Shown here: positions 35,176-44,006 of the stretch, piece after piece | Position numbering within the stretch: the first letter of the stretch is position 1 | Layout: every line of letters starts with the position of its first letter | Origin: a bacterium | GTDB taxonomy: Bacteria > UBA8248 | Length of the DNA: 64,000 nt | NCBI GenBank assembly: GCA_965199855.1 | Contig: OZ241326.1 | Span: 2,112,001-2,176,000, forward strand | Reading direction: 5' to 3' | Position numbers and translations under genes: made by a program | Notes under the pieces: model-generated | The model's input: only the letters and a program-made list of their open reading frames with translations | Told to the model about the DNA's origin: nothing | Database searches by the model: none

Positions 35176-35336
35176 ACCTCCACCCCTCCCCAATCGACGG
35201 GCGGGACGCATATATGCGTCCCCTACAAAATCAAAATCGCGCGGCATCTGCCCCTACATTGACGCCCCGCGCGGGACGCGCCCGTCCCCGGGAAATCGCG
35301 CCCCGATATTTTTTCGTCCGAATCCCCCGCCCCCGC

Positions 35337-35365
35337 TTGACACCCCCGCCCCGCGTTGGTAGGTT
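35337..35365 (+). promoter_or_regulatory. Putative sigma-70 promoter of the atp F0 operon
   Basis: TTGACA-N17-TAGGTT with extended TG. Confidence 0.55.
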
Positions 35366-35415
35366 CCGCGCGTTCATTCCGTTGTCGCGGCTTTCACGCG
35401 GGGGAGCGAAAGGGC

Positions 35416-35685
35416 ATGGCCTCCGGCTCTCCTCCCGAAGCGAATCGCGGGCGCGGGACATCGGCGGGCAGGTCGCGCGCGCCGCGCGATGAGAAAATCC
35501 GCAAAGGCGTGCGAAGCGTTCACCTGGCCGCGCTGGGCTGGAACTTCGTGACCGCCCCGCTCGTCGGCGGCGGGCTGGGCTACGGGCTGGACGCGCTCTC
35601 GGGCTGGTATCCGTGGGGGATGATCGCCGGGTTGCTGCTGGGCTTCGTTTCCGCTTTTCTCGATCTCGTCAGGGGCGTTCGCTAG
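35416..35685 (+). CDS. atpZ: AtpZ/AtpI-family ATP synthase accessory protein
   Basis: GGGLGYGLD....YPWGMIAGLLLGFVSAF; first gene of the atp cluster. Confidence 0.8.
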   Translation: MASGSPPEANRGRGTSAGRSRAPRDEKIRKGVRSVHLAALGWNFVTAPLVGGGLGYGLDALSGWYPWGMIAGLLLGFVSAFLDLVRGVR

Positions 35686-36081
35686 GTGGAAAACCGGAAC
35701 TCGCCGCCGCTCGATCTGCGAAGCATCGAACGGGTCGGCTGGCTGATTCTCGCGCTCGCGGCGCCGGCGTGCCTGCTCGCCGGATACGCCGGGGCGGCCG
35801 CCGGGCTCGCGATCGGCGGCGCGTGCGCCCTCGGGAGCTTCCGGCTGATGGACGTCTATTTCGCCCGCGTGTTCCGCAAGGGCCCGGGGCGCGCCGGATG
35901 GGGGCATCACGCGCTCTACGTCCTGCGGTTCGCCGCCCTTCTCGGAGCGGCGGCGGCGGCGATAGGCTGGGCGCGGCTTCCCGCCGCGGCCGTGGCGGCG
36001 GGGCTGTCCGTTCCGCCCCTGGCCATATTCATTCACGGGGCGAGACGCGCCCTCGGAAGCCAGGGAGCGACAAGGGCGTAA
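35686..36081 (+). CDS. atpI: ATP synthase protein I
   Basis: Four hydrophobic segments; immediately upstream of atpB. Confidence 0.75.
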   Translation: MENRNSPPLDLRSIERVGWLILALAAPACLLAGYAGAAAGLAIGGACALGSFRLMDVYFARVFRKGPGRAGWGHHALYVLRFAALLGAAAAAIGWARLPAAAVAAGLSVPPLAIFIHGARRALGSQGATRA

Positions 36082-36084
36082 GGC

Positions 36085-36804
36085 ATGGAAAAATTCCACC
36101 CGTTTCTGTATTTCGACCTCATCCCCGGGCTGTCGGCGTATCCCAACATCGTCTATAGCTGGGCGGTGATGACGTTTCTCATCGCGAGCTCCCTGCTCGT
36201 CACCCGCGCGCTTCAGAAGATACCCGTGGGCGGGCAGAACGTGTTCGAGGCGATTTTCGACGCCTTCTCCGCCTTCATGGAAGGCCCCCTCGGCAAGGAG
36301 GGCCGGCCCTTCTTCCCCCTCGTGTTCACGCTGGGAACCTACATTTTCCTCTGCAACGTCATCGGAATCCTGCCCGGCTTCATGGCGCCGACGAGCAACC
36401 TGAACACGAACGTGGGCTGCGCCCTCACCGTCTTCCTCGCCACGCACTACGTCGGAATCAAGAGAAGCGGGATGGCGTATTTCAAGCACTTCACGGGCCC
36501 CATCATCTGGCTGGCGCCGCTGATGATTCCCATCGAGATCATCTCCCACCTGAGCCGCCCCCTCTCGCTCACCCTGCGCCTCTTCGGCAACATCACGGGA
36601 GAGGAGCTCGTCCTGGGCGTTCTGATGCTGCTGTGCCTCCAGATTTTCCTGCCCGTTCCCTGGGCGATGCAGCTGTTCGTGATTTTCGGAAGCTTCATCC
36701 AGGCCTTTGTCTTCACCCTTCTGACCATGATATACATCGCCGGGGCTCTTGAAGATCACGATCACGGCGAGGAGAGCGGCCACGAGGTCGCCCACGCCCA
36801 TTAA
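36085..36804 (+). CDS. atpB: F0 subunit a
   Basis: PTSNLN, PIEIISHLSRPLSLTLRLFGNI, IQAFVFTLLT.IY. Confidence 0.96.
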   Translation: MEKFHPFLYFDLIPGLSAYPNIVYSWAVMTFLIASSLLVTRALQKIPVGGQNVFEAIFDAFSAFMEGPLGKEGRPFFPLVFTLGTYIFLCNVIGILPGFMAPTSNLNTNVGCALTVFLATHYVGIKRSGMAYFKHFTGPIIWLAPLMIPIEIISHLSRPLSLTLRLFGNITGEELVLGVLMLLCLQIFLPVPWAMQLFVIFGSFIQAFVFTLLTMIYIAGALEDHDHGEESGHEVAHAH

Positions 36805-36850
36805 CGGCAAAAGCCCGCGAAGAAACCACTTCAACAAGGAGACGTAAGGA

Positions 36851-37171
36851 ATGAAACGTCTGGGAATGATCGGATTCGCCCTCGCCAGCATCGCAGCCGC
36901 GGCCTCCGGCGCGTTCGCCGCCGAAGCCGGCGCGGCCGGAGGCGGCGACGTGATGAAATGGAGAATGATCTCCTCCTCGTTCGCCCTGGCCATCGCCGCG
37001 GCGGCCGGCGCCTTCGCCCAGAGCCGCAGCATCGCCAGCGCGCTGGACGGCACGGCGCGCAACCCGGGAGCGGGCGGAGACCTGCGCGTGTCGATGATCA
37101 TCGGCCTCGCCCTGATCGAGTCCCTCGTCATTTACACGTTCGTCATCTGCCTGATCATCATCCTCGGCTAG
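36851..37171 (+). CDS. atpE: F0 subunit c with N-terminal signal-like extension
   Basis: ARNPGA loop, GLALIESLVIY. Confidence 0.93.
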   Translation: MKRLGMIGFALASIAAAASGAFAAEAGAAGGGDVMKWRMISSSFALAIAAAAGAFAQSRSIASALDGTARNPGAGGDLRVSMIIGLALIESLVIYTFVICLIIILG

Positions 37172-37188
37172 AGAAAAGCGCATCCGCG

Positions 37189-37226
37189 GCGAAAAGGGGG
37201 GAGCCCGCGGGCTCCCCCCTTTTCGC
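37189..37226. terminator. Intrinsic terminator after atpE
   Basis: GCGAAAAGGGGGGAGCCC-GC-GGGCTCCCCCCTTTTCGC. Confidence 0.85.
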
Positions 37227-37387
37227 GAGCCGGGCGCGAGCGGCATCCGGAATCACCGCCTCCATCCGCCGCGCGCCCGCCCCTTGCCCTTCGCGCCAAA
37301 ACCCATAGAATCAGACCTCGCCCGAAGCCGACGCGGGCTTTTCGGGGATTTGCGTTCATCCCGAAACTTCAGGTGAGCCGAAAACCC

Positions 37388-38029
37388 ATGTGGGAAAGCG
37401 CGAAAGCGAAAATTCCCGAGGCGACCGTCAGCCGGCTCTCCACCTACGCCCGCGTCCTGGAGCAGGCGGGCGGCGAGGAGGCGCGGCTCATCGCCTCGGC
37501 CGATCTCGCCCGGCGGTGCGGGCTCAAGCCCGCGCAAATCAGAAGGGACCTCGCCTATTTCGGGGAATTCGGGGTTCGGGGCAAGGGCTACTACATTGAT
37601 GAGCTGCGCGGCAACCTGAAGAAAATCCTGGGCGTGACCCAAACGTGGCCGGTCGCGCTCGTCGGAGCGGGGAACCTCGGCTCGGCGCTGCTGGCCTACA
37701 AGGGCTTTCTCGCGCACGGCTTCGAGATCGCCGCCGTCTTCGACAAGTTTCCCGAAAGAACGCCCGCCTACGGAACCGGCGCCCTGCCGGTGCTGCCGAT
37801 GGCGAAGCTGCGCGAAGCCGTCAGGGAGAAAGACATCAAAATCGGCATCATCGCCGTGCCGGGGGCGGGCGCGCAAAACGTGGGGACGGCGCTCGTCAGC
37901 GCCGGCATCACGGGCATCCTGAATTTCGCGCCCACCCAGGTCCGGACGCCGCGCCGCGTCAGGGTGAAGAACGTGGACCTCGGCAGCGAGCTGGAGCATC
38001 TCTCCTTCCACCTCTCCCAGAACGGCTGA
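37388..38029 (+). CDS. rex: Redox-sensing repressor Rex
   Basis: IPEATVSRLSTY, QIRRDLAYFGEFGVRGKGY, VGAGNLGSAL, GILNFAP. Confidence 0.95.
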   Translation: MWESAKAKIPEATVSRLSTYARVLEQAGGEEARLIASADLARRCGLKPAQIRRDLAYFGEFGVRGKGYYIDELRGNLKKILGVTQTWPVALVGAGNLGSALLAYKGFLAHGFEIAAVFDKFPERTPAYGTGALPVLPMAKLREAVREKDIKIGIIAVPGAGAQNVGTALVSAGITGILNFAPTQVRTPRRVRVKNVDLGSELEHLSFHLSQNG

Positions 38030-38060
38030 GACGCGCGCGGCCCGGCGATCTCCGAAGAAC

Positions 38061-38807
38061 ATGAGCCCGCAAGCCTCATACATCCTGGCCTTCGACACCT
38101 CGACGCCGCGGGGAAGATGCGCGGCGCTCCGCCGCGCGGCGGGAGGCGCGGAGGAGGCGCTTCTGCCGGAGGAAATCCGCATCTCCAGAACGCTTCTGCC
38201 GCAGGTGGAGGAGCTTTTGAGGTCGAAAAGCATCGACAAGCGCATGATTCAGGCCATCGGGGTGAGCGTCGGCCCCGGGACGTTCACCGGACTTCGGGTG
38301 GGACTCTCCTGCGCGAAGGGCCTCGCCCTGGGTCTGGGGCGTCCGCTGTATGGCTTCTCCTCCCTGGAGGCCATGGCGACGGGCGCCCTGCTCGGCGAGC
38401 TCGAAACGGGCCGGAAGCTGCCGGACTACATCCTCCCCTGCCGGGACGCCAGGCGAGGCGAGCTGTTCACCGCCCTGTTCCGGGTATCGAAAAACCCGGA
38501 ATCGCCCGACGAGAGCGTCCTTCTGCGCGTCCGGGCGGATGAGGTCATCGAGCGGGAGGCGCTTCCCCTCCCGGAGGACGGCGACGCGCTCGTGGCGGGC
38601 AGGCGAGAAGACCTCCCCGAACTTTTCGGCTCCGGGGCTTCGGGGGCGGCGGCCGCGCGCCATGAAATCGACTCCTCGGCCGCCGCGGTCGCGCGGCTCA
38701 CCCGCAGGGCCCTCGAGAGCCGAACGCCCCCGCCCGGGGCGAACCTGACGCTGAACTACTGCCGAAAACCGCAGGCGCAAACGAAATGGGCGGATCCGGG
38801 GGGTTGA
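38061..38807 (+). CDS. tsaB: tRNA t6A biosynthesis protein TsaB
   Basis: ILAFDTST, GPGTFTGLRVG, DARRGELF. Confidence 0.9.
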   Translation: MSPQASYILAFDTSTPRGRCAALRRAAGGAEEALLPEEIRISRTLLPQVEELLRSKSIDKRMIQAIGVSVGPGTFTGLRVGLSCAKGLALGLGRPLYGFSSLEAMATGALLGELETGRKLPDYILPCRDARRGELFTALFRVSKNPESPDESVLLRVRADEVIEREALPLPEDGDALVAGRREDLPELFGSGASGAAAARHEIDSSAAAVARLTRRALESRTPPPGANLTLNYCRKPQAQTKWADPGG

Positions 38808-38888
38808 TTCCCTCCTCGATATTCCGTAAATTTCAGGAGCGTTCATCGCATATACCACACGGGCGGACAGAGGCCAGAAGACGTCTCC

Positions 38889-39122
38889 GTGAAGCCCGCC
38901 GAGGAGGATTCGCCATTGGAAACGACCGAGAAGGCGGAAGAAGCGTCGAGTGCGGCCCAAGACGCCGAGCGTCTGAAAAAAGAGCACGCCGTTCTGGATG
39001 AAAAAATTCTCGCTCTTGAAAACGTTCGATACCCATCCCCCGAAGAGCAGCGGCGGATCAAACTGCTGAAAAAAGAAAAACTCGCCATCAAGACGCAGAT
39101 AGAGACGCTCGAGGGCGACTGA
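38889..39122 (+). CDS. YdcH/DUF465-like small helical protein
   Basis: L.KEH..LDEKI..LE....LKKEKLAIK.QI pattern. Confidence 0.7.
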   Translation: MKPAEEDSPLETTEKAEEASSAAQDAERLKKEHAVLDEKILALENVRYPSPEEQRRIKLLKKEKLAIKTQIETLEGD

Positions 39123-39480
39123 AAATCACGAATTCGCCCTGCGAGGCGCGCCGAAGCGAAATTTTGCGCTTTCATCCCTTGACCGAAAGCGGAAAACGTG
39201 CGGTAATATCGCCCGTTGCGCCCCCGAGACGCCGGGATGGACGCTTCGTCCGTTCCCGACCGATGCGTTTTCAGGGGGGGCTGACGTTCACGCAATGCGG
39301 AAGCCGGCCATGATGGATCCGAAAAAGACGCTGTGGAACAAGGAGTCTGGCGTAAGAGGGGGGCGGTGCGCCCCCGCGCGCCGTCCCCTGATTTCCCGCT
39401 GACGACGCGCCGGCATCACCGGCGCTTTTCGGATCGACTTCACCGCCAGGACGGGAGCAGTCTCGACTGGTCGGGAGGGA

Positions 39481-41253
39481 ATGGCCGTGGCGACCAAAAC
39501 GAAGAGCCCACCCGCGAAGCTGAAGCCCAGGAAAATCTCCGGCGCTGAGATCATCTACCGAAGCCTCGAGCGCGAAGGGGTGAAATACGTCTTCGGGCAC
39601 CCGGGCGCCGTGCTTCTCACGGTTCTGGACCTGTTCCTCAAGAGAAGCGAAATCAAGCATCTGCTCATCCGGCACGAGCAGTGCGCCGCGCACATGGCGG
39701 AGGGCTACGCCCGCGCCAGCGGCGAGGTCGGCGTATGCCTCACCACCTCCGGGCCGGGCGCCACGAACCTCATCACGGGCATCACGGACGCCTACATGGA
39801 CTCCATCCCCATCGTGTGCCTCACGGGGCAGGTCGCCACCTCGATGGTGGGCAACGACGCCTTTCAGGAGGCCGACATCGTCGGCATGACCCGAACCGTC
39901 ACCAAGCACAGCTACCTCGTGAAGAGCACGGACGATCTCGCCGAGACGATTCAGGAGGCCTTCTACATCGCGCGCACGGGAAGGCCGGGGCCCGTCCTCG
40001 TCGATTTGCCCAAGGACGTGCTACTCGGCGACGGAAACTACCAGATTCCGGACAAGGTGGAGCTGCGCGGCTACAAGCCCACGACCAGGGGCCACCCCCG
40101 ACAGATTCAGCGCGTGGCCCAAGCCGTCAAGGAATCCAAGCAGCCCCTGCTCTACGTGGGCGGCGGGGCGATCCACGCGGAGGCGCACGCCGAAATCCTC
40201 AAGCTCGCGGAGACGGCGGAGATTCCCGTGACCTACACCCTGCTGGGCGCGGGCGCCTTTCCGAGCGCGCACGAGCTTTCGCTGGGGATGCTCGGAATGC
40301 ACGGAACGGCCTACGCCAACTACGCGACCATGGAGTGCGACCTGCTCATCGCCGTCGGCGCGAGGTTCGACGACCGCGTCACCGGAAAGGTGTCGGAATT
40401 CGCGACCCGCGCGAAAGTCATCCACATCGACATCGACCCCACGGCCATCGGCAAGAACAAGAAGACGGACATTCCGGTCGTGGGCGACGCGCGCCAGGTG
40501 CTCGCCGAGGTCAACAAGATCGTCAAGCCCCAGAAGCGCGCCCTGTGGAAAAAGCGCATCCAGAAGCTGAAGGCGGAATATCCGCTGACGTTCGATTCGC
40601 CCGAAGGCGCGCCGATCAAGCCGCAGGAGGCGATTCTCGCCCTGAGCGAGGAGGTGGGCGACAAGGCCATCCTCACCACCGAGGTGGGGCAGCACCAGAT
40701 GTGGGCCGCGCAATTCTACAACTTCACCTTCCCGCGCCAGTTCATCTCCTCCGGCGGCCTGGGGACGATGGGCTTCGGCTTTCCCGCGGCCATCGGCGCG
40801 GCGCTGGCGCGGCCGGACAAGCTCGCCATCGACATCGCGGGCGACGGCAGCTTTCAGATGGTGATGCAGGAAGTCGCCACGGCCGTTCAATACGGCATCC
40901 CCGTAAAGGTGTTCCTTCTGAACAACGCCACGCTGGGCATGGTTCGCCAGTGGCAGGACCTGTTCATGGACAGGCGCTTCAGCGAGGTGGACTTCGACTT
41001 CTCGCCCGACTACGTCAAGCTCGCCGAGGCGCTCGGCGCCGGCGGACGGCAGGTCGTGGACAAGGAGGAGCTCCGGCCCGCCATTCAGGAGATGATCGCC
41101 GCGCCGGGGCCCTACGTTCTCGATGTGATCGTCGATCCGGACGAACTGGTGTTCCCGATGGTTCCGGCGGGCGGCGCGACGAAGGACATGATCGTCCGCG
41201 ACAGCCGGAAAAAAATCCTTCGAGGCAAGCTCAGCGCCTTGCCGGACAACTAG
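39481..41253 (+). CDS. ilvB: Acetolactate synthase large subunit, copy 1
   Basis: FGHPG, RHEQ, TSGPGATN, GMLGMHG, RFDDRVTG, SGGLGTMG, GDGSF...LNN..LGMVRQWQ. Confidence 0.95.
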   Translation: MAVATKTKSPPAKLKPRKISGAEIIYRSLEREGVKYVFGHPGAVLLTVLDLFLKRSEIKHLLIRHEQCAAHMAEGYARASGEVGVCLTTSGPGATNLITGITDAYMDSIPIVCLTGQVATSMVGNDAFQEADIVGMTRTVTKHSYLVKSTDDLAETIQEAFYIARTGRPGPVLVDLPKDVLLGDGNYQIPDKVELRGYKPTTRGHPRQIQRVAQAVKESKQPLLYVGGGAIHAEAHAEILKLAETAEIPVTYTLLGAGAFPSAHELSLGMLGMHGTAYANYATMECDLLIAVGARFDDRVTGKVSEFATRAKVIHIDIDPTAIGKNKKTDIPVVGDARQVLAEVNKIVKPQKRALWKKRIQKLKAEYPLTFDSPEGAPIKPQEAILALSEEVGDKAILTTEVGQHQMWAAQFYNFTFPRQFISSGGLGTMGFGFPAAIGAALARPDKLAIDIAGDGSFQMVMQEVATAVQYGIPVKVFLLNNATLGMVRQWQDLFMDRRFSEVDFDFSPDYVKLAEALGAGGRQVVDKEELRPAIQEMIAAPGPYVLDVIVDPDELVFPMVPAGGATKDMIVRDSRKKILRGKLSALPDN

Positions 41254-41265
41254 GAGACTTCGCCC

Positions 41266-42969
41266 GTGGAGCTGAACGGCTCGCAAATCCTCATCGAAGA
41301 ATTGAAGGCGGCAGGCGTCGAGATGGCCTTCGGCATTCCGGGCGGCGCCATCATGCCGTTCTACGACGAGCTCATGAAGTCGGAGTTTCCCCACATCCTC
41401 ACCCGGCACGAGCAGGGCGCCGCGCACATGGCGGACGGCTACGCGCGCGTGAGCGGCAAGGTGGCCATCGTGGTCACTACGTCCGGCCCCGGGGCCACGA
41501 ACCTCATCACCGGACTCGCCAACGCCCAGATGGATTCCGTGCCGCTCATCGCCGTCACGGGCCAGGTGGCGACCGGCATGATCGGCACCGACGCCTTTCA
41601 GGAAGCCGACATGTACGGCTGCTCCATCCCGGTCACGAAGTTCAACTGGCTCATCAAGGACGCTCGGGAAATCCAGCGCGTCGCGAGGGAGGCGATTCGC
41701 GTGGCGACGTCGGGCCGCCCGGGCCCCGTCCTGCTCGACTTCCCGAAGGACATCCAGATCGCCACGGCGGAATACGACCCCCGGATGCCCCATGAGTCTC
41801 CCTTCGCGCCCCCCGAGCGGCGGCCGGACCTCGACGAGGAGGGAATCGACAGACTCCTCGAGGCCATGACGCGCGCCAGGCGGCCCGTCATCATCGGCGG
41901 CGCCGGCATCATCAAGTCGGGAGCCGCGGCGGAGCTCGCGGGGTTCGCCAGGGCCGCCGGCGTTCCGGTCATCAACACCCTGCTGGGGCTGGGCGGATTC
42001 CCGGGAACGGACGACCTCTTCCTCGGGATGCCGGGAATGCACGGAACGGCCTACGCGAACTTCGCGCTCTGCGAATGCGACCTGCTCATCAACCTGGGCG
42101 CGCGCTTCGACGATCGCGTAACGGGCAAGGTGTCGAGCTTCTGCCCCAAGGCGATCATCGCCCACGTCGACATCGACGCCGCCGAAATCGACAAGCGGGT
42201 GAGCGCCCACATCCCGATCGTCGGGGACGTGCGCGAGGTGCTCGCCGCCCTGAACCGACGCCTGACGCCGGGCGACTGCGGCTATGAGGAGTGGCGGGAG
42301 ACGTGCGCGGGCTGGAAGCGGGACTATCCCCTGCAATACGACCTGGACGGCGGCGACATCAAGCCCCAGTACGTGATCGACCAGATTCAGGAGATCACCG
42401 AAGGCGACGGCATCTACGCGACGGGCGTGGGCCAGCATCAGATGTGGGCGGCCCAGTTCATCCGCTTCAACCAGCCGAAGAGCTGGGTCACCTCCGGCGG
42501 CCTCGGCACGATGGGCTTCGGCCTTCCCGCCGCCATCGGCGCGAAGTTCGCCCGGCCGGAGAAGGACGTCTGGCTCATCGACGGCGACGGCAGCTTCGCG
42601 ATGACGCTCGTCGAGCTCGCCACGGCCGCGACCTACAACGTCCCCGTGAAGGTCGCCATCCTGAACAACGCCTATCTGGGCATGGTGCGCCAGTGGCAGG
42701 AGCTGTTCTTCGAGAAGCGCTACTCCCATTCCCATTACCCGGTGAATCCGGACTTCGCCGCCATCGCGGAAGGCTACGGCGTGAAGGGCGTGAACGTCGA
42801 GGACGCGGGCGAGGTGCGCGGCGCGCTCGAGGCCGCGGCCGCGCACGACGGCCCCGCGGTGCTCAACTTCATGGTCAGCAAGGAGGAGAACGTCTGGCCC
42901 ATGGTTCCCGCCGGCGCCGGAAACGACGAGATGCAGCTCGTTCCCCCTTCGAGGGAGGCGAAGCCGTGA
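41266..42969 (+). CDS. ilvB: Acetolactate synthase large subunit, copy 2
   Basis: FGIPGGAIMP, RHEQGA, TSGPGATN, GMHG, RFDDRVTG, GDGSF...LNN.YLGMVRQWQ. Confidence 0.95.
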   Translation: MELNGSQILIEELKAAGVEMAFGIPGGAIMPFYDELMKSEFPHILTRHEQGAAHMADGYARVSGKVAIVVTTSGPGATNLITGLANAQMDSVPLIAVTGQVATGMIGTDAFQEADMYGCSIPVTKFNWLIKDAREIQRVAREAIRVATSGRPGPVLLDFPKDIQIATAEYDPRMPHESPFAPPERRPDLDEEGIDRLLEAMTRARRPVIIGGAGIIKSGAAAELAGFARAAGVPVINTLLGLGGFPGTDDLFLGMPGMHGTAYANFALCECDLLINLGARFDDRVTGKVSSFCPKAIIAHVDIDAAEIDKRVSAHIPIVGDVREVLAALNRRLTPGDCGYEEWRETCAGWKRDYPLQYDLDGGDIKPQYVIDQIQEITEGDGIYATGVGQHQMWAAQFIRFNQPKSWVTSGGLGTMGFGLPAAIGAKFARPEKDVWLIDGDGSFAMTLVELATAATYNVPVKVAILNNAYLGMVRQWQELFFEKRYSHSHYPVNPDFAAIAEGYGVKGVNVEDAGEVRGALEAAAAHDGPAVLNFMVSKEENVWPMVPAGAGNDEMQLVPPSREAKP

Positions 42970-43469
42970 GGCAGGTCTATTCCATTCTCGTCAACAACCA
43001 CGCGGGCGTCCTCTCCCACGTCGCCGGCCTCTTCACGCGCCGCGGATACAACATCGAGAGCATCGCCGCCGGGCCCACGGAGAACACCCGGATCACGCGC
43101 ATCGTCATCGTCGCCTTCGGCGAAAAGAACGAGCTCGACCAGATCGCCAAGCAGCTCCGCAAGCTCTACGACGTGCGCGACGTCGAGCAGATCGCCTACA
43201 ACCAGGCCGTCACGCGCGAACTCGTGCTCGCGACCATCAACGCGCCGATGGACAGGAGAGGCGAGGTCATCCAGCTCGCCAACGCATTCGGCGCGCAGGT
43301 GATCAACGTGACCGACGATACGGTCACGCTCGAGGCGAGCGGCAACGACCACAAGGTCAGAACCCTCATCAAGGCCTTCGAGAGCTACGGAATCGCGCAG
43401 ATGGCGCGCACGGGGATGATTTCCCTCCCCTACGACGGAATGCCCGAGGACTGGGAGCCCATCTCGTAA
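42966..43469 (+). CDS. ilvN: Acetolactate synthase small (regulatory) subunit, copy 1
   Basis: SILVNNHAGVLSHVAGLFTRRGYNIESI...RELVL...ARTG; GTGA overlap with ilvB copy 2. Confidence 0.9.
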   Translation: MRQVYSILVNNHAGVLSHVAGLFTRRGYNIESIAAGPTENTRITRIVIVAFGEKNELDQIAKQLRKLYDVRDVEQIAYNQAVTRELVLATINAPMDRRGEVIQLANAFGAQVINVTDDTVTLEASGNDHKVRTLIKAFESYGIAQMARTGMISLPYDGMPEDWEPIS

Positions 43470-44002
43470 TGCCCGCGAACCCGAACGAAAGCGCCGCGGA
43501 CGAGCCGCACACCATAGCGGTTCTGGTGGAAAACAAATTCGGCGTCCTCGCCAAGGTGGCGAGCCTGTTCAGCGCGCGCGGCTACAACATCGACAGCCTT
43601 TGCGTGGGCGTGACGCAGGATCCGAGCGTCTCCCGCATCACCCTCGTCACGCGCGGCGACGGGAAAATTCTCGAGCAGATACGAAAGCACCTCAGCAAGC
43701 TCATCGACACCGTCAAGGTGATGGACATGGGGGAGACGGAAAGCGTCGAGCGCGAGATGATCCTCATCAAGGTCTCGGCGCCGAAGGCCGCGCGGCCGGA
43801 CATTTTCCAGATCATCGACGTGTTCCGCGGCCGCGTCGTGGACGTGTCCTCGAACACCGTGACGGTCGAGGTCACCGGCGACGAGGGGAAAATCACGGCC
43901 ATTCTGAACCTGCTCAACTCCTTCGGCATCAAGGAGATCGCCCGCACGGGCAAGGTCGCCCTCACCCGCGGAGCCAAGACGCTCAAAGGCTCCAAAAGCT
44001 GA
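43469..44002 (+). CDS. ilvN: Acetolactate synthase small (regulatory) subunit, copy 2
   Basis: HTIAVLVENKFGVLAKVASLFSARGYNIDSL...EREMILIKV...EIARTG. Confidence 0.92.
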   Translation: MPANPNESAADEPHTIAVLVENKFGVLAKVASLFSARGYNIDSLCVGVTQDPSVSRITLVTRGDGKILEQIRKHLSKLIDTVKVMDMGETESVEREMILIKVSAPKAARPDIFQIIDVFRGRVVDVSSNTVTVEVTGDEGKITAILNLLNSFGIKEIARTGKVALTRGAKTLKGSKS

Positions 44003-44006
44003 GCGC

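Noticed and set aside
33875-35227. Hairpin cluster as a CRISPR array or integron attC array
   Set aside because: Repeats are heterogeneous and irregularly spaced, the linkers are themselves repeated, and no cas or integrase gene or clear attC core pattern was seen.
35230-37390. Rex operator near atp or rex
   Set aside because: No TTGTGAA-N4-TTCACAA-like palindrome was seen.
39310-39403. Short uORF before ilvB as an attenuator peptide
   Set aside because: Not enriched in Ile/Leu/Val codons and no U-tailed terminator follows.
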